Positions 57,578 through 64,000 of a stretch of DNA of 64,000 nt are shown piece by piece. How positions within the stretch are numbered: position 1 is the first letter of the stretch; each line of letters starts with the position of its first letter. Source of the DNA: Candidatus Omnitrophota bacterium. GTDB taxonomy: Bacteria; Hinthialibacterota; Hinthialibacteria; OLB16. The position numbers and the translations under genes are program-made. The stretch is taken from positions 10,117-74,116 of the forward strand of contig JACKFH010000006.1 in assembly GCA_020632575.1 (NCBI GenBank), read 5' to 3'. The notes under the pieces were generated by a model. That model was not told the origin of the DNA. It made no database searches and worked only from the letters and a program-made list of their open reading frames with translations.

Positions 57578-59302
57578 TCAGCGGACGGGGTCAATATCCG
57601 CCGAAAGATAATCTCTCCTAGGTACGATTGAGACGGTGGAGCCAATGGTTCCGTCCCGGGGAAACTCGGTGTCTCCCAGCACATCGGACCGCCGGTAACT
57701 CAGACGTGTCCCACTTTTCGAGGCCGGGGAGGGGTCCATGTGAAAATACACCGGCGTCTCCGCGGTTGTTTTTAGACCCTTGAATCGAATGGTCGCGATT
57801 GTCCCCTCTTTTTCGAACGCCTGACGAAACACCCCGTTTTCGTAAAGAATTCGCCCTTCATCCTGACGGACCAAATTTTGTCGCATCCAGTCAAAAGGAA
57901 AACGAGTATGGTAAGGACCATCCAGAATGTTCGTTCCGATCGAAACCCAATTCCCCTCGTCTTGGTCCACGACTTCCAGGAATCGAGGGTCGAAACGGAT
58001 GTCGAGGCGGATCTGATCCCAGGGAACCTGTTCCGGGTTCACCACCCGGACATTTAGGTCGAATTCCTTCCCCTCCTCGACCGCGGCGGCGGGGGGGTCC
58101 AACACAATCAGTGTCTTGAGTTCACCCTCGGGAACAGTGGTCTTCCTTTCGATCATCTCCTCCTTATCCAAAGCCTGCACGGTCACCCCGCCGCTAATAA
58201 CACCATCCTTGGAGTCGGTGGAGTCCCCCAACACATTCCTAAAGACCATTGGGCCGCCTTCCTCCGATTCCAAGAGACCCACATAGGTCATCTCCTCGGG
58301 CCAAGTCCATTCCTGATCCGACTGGATCGGAGGAGCCAACACCTCTGGCCATTCCGCGAAAAGAAATTGAATCGGCGAACGATCGGTTGGCGAAAGAACT
58401 CGGAATTTCATGGAAAGCACAAAACCTTGACCGGTTTCGGTCTCCCCGGAGGCGGATCGGGCACGGTAATAAATCATGCCGTTCTCCGTATCCGCACGAT
58501 TCAGGTAGAAGAGATCCTCACCTCGATCCCGAACGAAGTCGAAGGACTCCAGTGTCTTTTCGGACAGGTCGTACGAGGAATGAACTCCCGCGGTCCCACC
58601 GGGGGCGTCAATGAATTCGAGCACATCCGGATCGTACGAGAGCGCGAACGAAAGGACGTTGAACTCCTTTTCGAGCGGGTTGTCGAGCCAAACATGAACC
58701 GGAACAATCTCATCCACCGCGACCTTCTGCTGAAGCGGAGCCAACCGTAAAACGAGATCCCCCTGTAATGGGACGCCAACAGCCGCCTCTCCTTCCTTGC
58801 CTTGTCCGGGCGGAGTCTGACCGGGTGGCAGCGGCTTCGCTCCGGGAGGAAGCGCTCGACGGACCCCTGGAACGCCCGGTTGCGGAACCGCGGCGGGAGG
58901 TTGTTGGGGGCGTGGCGCGGGAGCGGGAGGCTCCTGCGGCTCCTGTTCTTGCTGGGAGGGCGCCTGTTGTTGGTTTTGATAATCCGGTGGGGGGGGAGGT
59001 TGATTGTAATCGTCCTCGTACCGTGTGGACCGACGGCTGTCGCGAGACCGACGGCTCCGGAAAACGGATTCGTCGCGACCAGCGCCAAACCCCTGACACC
59101 ACGCTGTCTCCTCGTGTCCGCCTCCGAAGAAGGGGATGTCTTCGCCGGGAGCAAATATGAAAAGCGCCGCCAAGGCGCACTTCGCCGCAGCACCGATGCG
59201 CACGCACGTGCGTGCGTCCCTCGGCGACACGAATAGCGCGCGAATGGATTTGAGATTTGAGAAATACAAGATCACTGACCCCACCTTTCTTTGCAGGGGC
59301 AT
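57578..59302 (-). CDS. Tandem cohesin-domain protein with Arg-rich and Pro/Gln-rich N-terminal region
   Basis: Two cohesin-like modules (LSFALSYDPDVLEFIDAPGG...IQFLFAEWPEV, and DLNVRVVNPEQVPWDQIRLDIRFDPRFLEVVDQ). The start is uncertain (ATG 59302 or GTG ~59203). A signal-like ALAALFIFAPG segment. Confidence 0.7.
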   Translation of the reverse strand: MPLQRKVGSVILYFSNLKSIRALFVSPRDARTCVRIGAAAKCALAALFIFAPGEDIPFFGGGHEETAWCQGFGAGRDESVFRSRRSRDSRRSTRYEDDYNQPPPPPDYQNQQQAPSQQEQEPQEPPAPAPRPQQPPAAVPQPGVPGVRRALPPGAKPLPPGQTPPGQGKEGEAAVGVPLQGDLVLRLAPLQQKVAVDEIVPVHVWLDNPLEKEFNVLSFALSYDPDVLEFIDAPGGTAGVHSSYDLSEKTLESFDFVRDRGEDLFYLNRADTENGMIYYRARSASGETETGQGFVLSMKFRVLSPTDRSPIQFLFAEWPEVLAPPIQSDQEWTWPEEMTYVGLLESEEGGPMVFRNVLGDSTDSKDGVISGGVTVQALDKEEMIERKTTVPEGELKTLIVLDPPAAAVEEGKEFDLNVRVVNPEQVPWDQIRLDIRFDPRFLEVVDQDEGNWVSIGTNILDGPYHTRFPFDWMRQNLVRQDEGRILYENGVFRQAFEKEGTIATIRFKGLKTTAETPVYFHMDPSPASKSGTRLSYRRSDVLGDTEFPRDGTIGSTVSIVPRRDYLSADIDPVR

Positions 59303-59414
59303 CCGGCTTCACTGTCACCGCCACTCGAATCTGAAGACCGGATTGAAAGGTTGAGGATTCTCCCCCGACTTCGCTCGATAACACCGGGCTCAATCAATGT
59401 CATCGGCAGAAGTA

Positions 59415-60395
59415 TTATTCGCGCTTTAGACGATATTTGTCAATCTTACGATCCAGAGTCGGTCGAGATATCCCCAGAATTCTCGAAGCCTGAGTCTTAT
59501 TCCAGTTGAGGTGGTCGAGAACCCTCTTAAGATGACGCGCCTCGAGCTCATCGAGCGAAATCATTTCGACCGCCCCGTCGCCTCCTCTACGCCCCCCCTC
59601 GCTCGAGCCGAAACCGGAATCGGTGAACGTCGTGTTGGGCAAATGTTCCACCCACACGGTCGAGCCATCGGCCATCAAGACCGCGTGATGAATGACATGC
59701 TCCAACTCGCGGACATTCCCCGGCCAAGCGTGGCGCTTAAGAACCTGGAGCGCCGCCGGTGAGATGGTTCGCACTTTCTTGTCGTACTGACGGTTGAAGA
59801 CCCCAATGAAGAGTTCGATCAATGGCTCCAAATCCTCCAACCTTTCGCGAAGCGGAGGAATTCGAATGCTCACCTCGTTCAAACGGTAAAAGAGGTCCTG
59901 TCGGAAATCGCCCTTGGCCACGAGATCCGATAGATTTCGATTGGTCGCGCAAACCACTCGGATATCCACCGGGATGTCCTGGTTGCTACCGATGCGTTGG
60001 ATAGTCTTTTCCTGAAGTGCTCGGAGAATCTTGGCTTGGGACTGAAGCGCCATGTCCCCGATTTCGTCCAAGAAAATTGTCCCGCCGGAAGCGGATTCGA
60101 ATTTCCCCTCACGAGTCGACACCGCCCCCGTGAAGGCCCCCTTCTCATGGCCGAATAACTCGGACTCAAGTAGGGCGCTCGGCACCGCCGCGCAATTCAC
60201 CGCCACAAAGGGCCCCTCGGCTCTTCGACTCGACAGATGAATTCCCCTCGCGAAGAGTTCTTTACCCGTCCCGCTCTCCCCCGTGATCAATACTACCGCT
60301 CGGCTCGGAGCAACCTTTTCCGCCAGAGAAATCAACTCATGCATCGAGTCGCTTCGATGTACTATCCGGTCGAGCCCAAATCTTTCGCCGTCCAT
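59415..60395 (-). CDS. Sigma-54-dependent transcriptional activator (bEBP AAA+ domain plus Fis-type HTH, no receiver/sensor domain)
   Basis: Walker [15 protein letters not shown] motif. C-terminal [16 protein letters not shown]. Start candidates are 60395 (GGAG upstream), 60440 and 60473. Confidence 0.8.
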   Translation of the reverse strand: MDGERFGLDRIVHRSDSMHELISLAEKVAPSRAVVLITGESGTGKELFARGIHLSSRRAEGPFVAVNCAAVPSALLESELFGHEKGAFTGAVSTREGKFESASGGTIFLDEIGDMALQSQAKILRALQEKTIQRIGSNQDIPVDIRVVCATNRNLSDLVAKGDFRQDLFYRLNEVSIRIPPLRERLEDLEPLIELFIGVFNRQYDKKVRTISPAALQVLKRHAWPGNVRELEHVIHHAVLMADGSTVWVEHLPNTTFTDSGFGSSEGGRRGGDGAVEMISLDELEARHLKRVLDHLNWNKTQASRILGISRPTLDRKIDKYRLKRE

Positions 60396-60482
60396 TTTGT
60401 CCCGCTCCGCACTCTTGCCGTTTTCCAAGTGAATCGGCATACTGGTGATGGAGATTCGAGGGGAGTGTATCATTTCTTTTCA

Positions 60483-61979
60483 ATGCGGTCAATTTTTAAG
60501 TCAATAAAGAAATCCCTATTACAAACTTTCGCTCTCTCCGCCCTCCTTGTCCCAATCATCGCGGCAACCACGGTCCGCGACGGGGCCTGGGCGGTGACGG
60601 ACTCGGATTTCGCCCGCATCTTTCGACCCGAGGAGAGTTGGTCGGTGGTGATCGCCGACGCCCAAAACGGGCGAGTGGTCTACCGACAAAACCCCCAAAC
60701 TCCCCGGATGCCCGCCTCGAATCTCAAGGTGTATGTCACCGCCGCCGCCTTCGACCTCCTCGGCAGTCATTATCGTTATCGCACCCCTTTCCTGGTGCGA
60801 GGGAAACTCAGCCCACAGGGAGTTCTCGTGGGAGACCTGTTGGTTCGTGGGAGTGGAGACCCGACATTCAGCGGACGATTCGAGGAAGACTCGAAGGATG
60901 TCACCGCTCGATTCTCCCGCTGGGCCGACCGAATGAAGGAACTTCATATTCGCACGGTGAAAGGGAACCTCTACGGCGACGACAGCATCTTCGACAAAAA
61001 CTATTGGGGAAGAGAATGGCCTGAGGATGAATACTGCAATTGGTACACCGCGCCCTCAGGCGGGTTGATTCTTAACGATAGCTGCCTCGATATTGGAGTC
61101 TTCCCCGGGACCGCCGTAGGGTCTCCGCCTAGGATCGAGACCATTCCCGATACGAAGTATCTCCGCATCGAAAACAATGCGCGGACCATCGCGCGAGGAC
61201 AGAAGAACGGTGTCAGCTTCCGGCGCCCCTTCGATTCGAACGATCTCGCGATGTATGGAAAAGTCGCCGCCGACTCGAGAGGGACTCAACATGTGGTCGC
61301 GTTGACCGACCCGACAGGTTACTTTGTCAATGTTCTTAAAGAGACCCTAGAGAAAGAAGGAATCGAAATCCTCGGCGAGGCCAAGGACGCTCGCGAGGAA
61401 CCCGACCTCCCGCGTCACGGCTGGAAAGTCTTAACCATCGAAAACTCTCCTCCGTTGAAAGAATTGGCGAAAGTCATCAACACCCGCTCGCAAAACCTCT
61501 TCGCCGATTCGCTCCTGAAGACCTTGGGGGCGAAAAAGGCCGGGATGGGGAATTGGGCCGGCGGATCGATGGCCGTCCGGGAATGGGTCCGCGAGCAGGG
61601 TCTCCCTGTCGAGCACCTGCACCTGGAGGATGGGTCCGGCCTTTCGCGCTTGAATCGAGTGACCGCCGAAACCACCTGCGACCTCCTGCACCACATTCAG
61701 AAAAAACCGTGGTTCCCGCTTTGGAAAGAGACCCTCGCGGTTTCCGGTGAGTATCCCGGCTCACTGCGAAATCGTCTAAAGACCTCGACTCTCAAAGGCA
61801 AGGTAAGGGCAAAGACGGGTTACATCGACGATGTCTATTGCCTCTCGGGATATGTCGAGGCCAAAAGCGGCAAGGAATACGTCTTCAGTTTGCTTTTCAA
61901 TGGAAAATCCCACGCCGGCAAGCACCCCCACCACCGGATGGAGGAGGCGTTGACTTTGGTGGCGCGGGAGGAGCCGTAG
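60483..61979 (+). CDS. D-alanyl-D-alanine carboxypeptidase/endopeptidase, PBP4 (peptidase S13) family
   Basis: Signal peptide MRSIFKSIKKSLLQTFALSALLVPIIAA. SxxK (ASNLK). Family-typical architecture. The listed upstream extension overlaps the divergent EBP gene. Confidence 0.75.
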   Translation: MRSIFKSIKKSLLQTFALSALLVPIIAATTVRDGAWAVTDSDFARIFRPEESWSVVIADAQNGRVVYRQNPQTPRMPASNLKVYVTAAAFDLLGSHYRYRTPFLVRGKLSPQGVLVGDLLVRGSGDPTFSGRFEEDSKDVTARFSRWADRMKELHIRTVKGNLYGDDSIFDKNYWGREWPEDEYCNWYTAPSGGLILNDSCLDIGVFPGTAVGSPPRIETIPDTKYLRIENNARTIARGQKNGVSFRRPFDSNDLAMYGKVAADSRGTQHVVALTDPTGYFVNVLKETLEKEGIEILGEAKDAREEPDLPRHGWKVLTIENSPPLKELAKVINTRSQNLFADSLLKTLGAKKAGMGNWAGGSMAVREWVREQGLPVEHLHLEDGSGLSRLNRVTAETTCDLLHHIQKKPWFPLWKETLAVSGEYPGSLRNRLKTSTLKGKVRAKTGYIDDVYCLSGYVEAKSGKEYVFSLLFNGKSHAGKHPHHRMEEALTLVAREEP

Positions 61980-62015
61980 GTGGCAAGGTCCTCCCTTAGT
62001 CGTTTCGCTGTGCGC

Positions 62016-62547
<532 letters not shown>

Positions 62548-62569
62548 CTAGATATGGGATTCCAGGTGA

Positions 62570-63106
62570 ATGCGCAATATCGAACTTAAAGCGCGTCTCC
62601 CCAACCGCGAACGCGCGATCCGGATCTGCAAGGAAATGTCCGGCGCTCGGTTCGAGGGAGACATCCGCCAAACCGACACCTACTTCAAGGTCCCGAAGGG
62701 TCGTTTCAAACTCCGCGTTTGCGAACCGGGGGAAACCTATCTCGTCTACTACGAACGTGAGGACGCGACCGAGGCAAAGGGGTCGGATTACCATATCGAG
62801 TTCGTTCGGGCGAGTGTTCGGGACGTCCTCGATCGCGCCCTGGGAACGATCGCCGAAGTGAGAAAGGTTCGCACACTTTATCTCTGGGAGAATGTGAGAA
62901 TCCATTTGGATCGAGTCGAGGAGCTGGGTGACTTCATCGAATTTGAAGCTGTGCTACGCCACTCCAACACCGAAGAAGAGGGTTATCGGAAGGTGGCTGA
63001 ACTGAAATCTCTCTTCGGAATCGAGAACACGGATCTGATCGAGGGTTCGTACTTGGAAATGGTGAATCCTATTTCGGCTTCCCATGAAAAAACGGTCGCT
63101 CCATAG
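62570..63106 (+). CDS. CYTH-domain protein (class IV adenylate cyclase CyaB / triphosphate tunnel metalloenzyme-like)
   Basis: MRNIELKARL..ERAIR N-terminus and a ~178-aa length typical of the CYTH fold. Confidence 0.6.
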   Translation: MRNIELKARLPNRERAIRICKEMSGARFEGDIRQTDTYFKVPKGRFKLRVCEPGETYLVYYEREDATEAKGSDYHIEFVRASVRDVLDRALGTIAEVRKVRTLYLWENVRIHLDRVEELGDFIEFEAVLRHSNTEEEGYRKVAELKSLFGIENTDLIEGSYLEMVNPISASHEKTVAP

Positions 63107-63121
63107 AGCGACCGTTTTTTT
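63093..63121 (+). terminator. Bidirectional Rho-independent terminator between convergent genes
   Basis: Stem cggtcgctc/gagcgaccg with loop cata, flanked by A6 (63085-63090) and T7 (63115-63121). The TAG stop of the CYTH gene lies in the loop. Confidence 0.8.
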
Positions 63122-63153
63122 GGTCCAATTGACAGATTCATCCAGAGTCAAGT

Positions 63154-64000
63154 TCATTGCCACGTTGGCGATGTCTCCGAGGTCGACGCCGTCTCCCAAG
63201 GTCTCGGTTTCTCGTTCCACTCATTAACCTCGAAGAAGGCGATCAAACCGACATCCCCAAGCGCCTCGTCGTAGTGGAATTCCCCGTTCCCGCTGACATC
63301 GACCTTCCCGCCGACAGCCGCGCCATAAATATCGCCGCCACCAGTGAGAGTGATATGAGCGTCGGGTGCATAGATCACTCCTGCATACCCCGCTCCACCA
63401 TTGATGGTGATGTCCGTATCGAGCGTTCCGCTTGAGTAAATCATGAGTCGTTCGGGTGGACCGGACCCGCCATTGTTGACGACGGTGCCGCCATTCCAGT
63501 CCAAATTTCCATCCGTAAAGATCACCACATGGCCATCCACGATCAGATTGGAATTCCCTCCCAAATTCGAGGATGAAAGGTAGTAGACTTTGGGATTGTC
63601 CTGAGTCCCCCCCGGCAATGTGAGTGTGGCGCCGGAAACCACATTCAATTCTCCAGTGGACGGATTGAAGGCGTCCACCAATTGGCCGTTGCTTTTGACA
63701 GCTTGTGGGATATCCGCGTTATCGTTTTCGAGCTTCGCCGCATCGACCAGGGTGTTGACCGGAGGAAGATCGATCTTGGTCATCCCGCCTTCAACCTCGC
63801 CTGTGATTTCCGCGTTGTTTCCAACGAGCACCACACTCCCGCCGGCCGAGGCGTCGCCGTCGATGATCGGCGTCCCGTTCAGCAAGATGTCGTGGTTCGA
63901 CCCGGCGTCGCCATTGCTGTAGATATTTCCACCCACCCCATAAAAACCGTCGCGGGAATCGAAACTATCCACGACGGTCGTTCCGCCCAGTTCCAGGTCC
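63154..64000 (-). CDS. C-terminal part of a large secreted beta-helix/adhesin-like repeat protein (the N-terminus lies beyond the right window edge)
   Basis: The frame is open to the window end. Gly/Asn/Asp-rich beta-solenoid-like repeats (GGxGxxG..., NGGAGYAGVIYAPDAHITLTGGGDIYGA). Confidence 0.6.
   Translation of the reverse strand, partial: DLELGGTTVVDSFDSRDGFYGVGGNIYSNGDAGSNHDILLNGTPIIDGDASAGGSVVLVGNNAEITGEVEGGMTKIDLPPVNTLVDAAKLENDNADIPQAVKSNGQLVDAFNPSTGELNVVSGATLTLPGGTQDNPKVYYLSSSNLGGNSNLIVDGHVVIFTDGNLDWNGGTVVNNGGSGPPERLMIYSSGTLDTDITINGGAGYAGVIYAPDAHITLTGGGDIYGAAVGGKVDVSGNGEFHYDEALGDVGLIAFFEVNEWNEKPRPWETASTSETSPTWQ

Noticed and set aside
58501-59393. Overlapping minus-strand ORFs 58501..59193 and 58710..59393
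   Set aside because: Alternative frames of the cohesin gene with Arg-rich nonsense translations.
59303-59414. Possible sigma-54 (-24/-12) promoter upstream of the cohesin gene (tggcgg..)
   Set aside because: The spacing and the -12 GC do not fit TGGCAC-N5-TTGC. It stays unsupported without a PWM scan.

Overview
High-GC (~57%), gene-dense bacterial chromosome segment. The gene content points to a PVC-superphylum organism (Planctomycetota/Verrucomicrobiota-like): DUF1080, TAT-exported Gfo/Idh/MocA oxidoreductases, many secreted right-handed beta-helix proteins with dockerin-like tails, a PL10 pectate lyase, a secretin with a fused TPR domain, and several genes without Shine-Dalgarno sites. I found no rRNA, tRNA or CRISPR array.

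The window divides into five parts:
- 1-13 kb: secreted carbohydrate-active proteins. These include an FG-GAP beta-propeller protein, a HEAT-repeat/jelly-roll protein, a TAT Gfo/Idh/MocA oxidoreductase, a DUF2233 phosphodiester glycosidase, a PQQ-propeller protein, and a 1207-aa beta-helix protein carrying dockerin-like, cohesin-like, Thr/Pro-linker and PKD modules.
- 13-22 kb: a membrane glycosylation module. It holds a PMT/ArnT-like GT-C transferase, YfhO, a beta-helix/dockerin protein, a GT4 transferase and an NodU-type carbamoyltransferase, followed by a hybrid histidine kinase.
- 34-44 kb: an 11-gene sugar-modification cluster, ten genes co-oriented on the minus strand plus a divergent family-3 acyltransferase, with 4-bp start/stop overlaps. 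It encodes a sugar dehydrogenase, two zinc-ribbon methyltransferases, an ArnE/GtrA-like 4-TM protein, a beta-propeller glycosidase-like protein, a hexapeptide N-acetyltransferase, a SAM methyltransferase, a GtrB/ArnC-like GT2, an HTTM-like membrane protein, WbqC and a family-3 acyltransferase.
- 49.6-60.4 kb: the stretch that most merits follow-up. A co-oriented minus-strand cluster encodes a sigma-54 enhancer-binding protein, a tandem-cohesin protein, a PilM-PilN(-PilO) fusion, a membrane-anchored coiled-coil protein with (GMPGG)n repeats, and a secretin that carries an N-terminal TPR domain and an internal (GGIGGIG)n insert. This looks like an atypical secretin/pilus-platform system genetically coupled to a cohesin scaffold. 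Dockerin-like tails sit on three large beta-helix proteins elsewhere in the window, and a fourth is truncated at the window edge.
- 62.0-63.1 kb: a BrnT/BrnA toxin-antitoxin pair, a CYTH (class IV adenylate cyclase-like) gene and a bidirectional terminator.

Three further observations:
- The signal-peptide codons of the first gene contain an A7/T7 homopolymer that leaves the ATG out of frame (a -1 frameshift).
- The pilus-platform gene contains a G9 tract.
- A hairpin-rich repeat family occurs in two intergenic regions.

A caution on the ORF track: it lists only M/GTG/TTG-to-stop ORFs. It therefore misses the edge-truncated minus-strand gene at 1-1659, and lists many antisense ORFs that I rejected.
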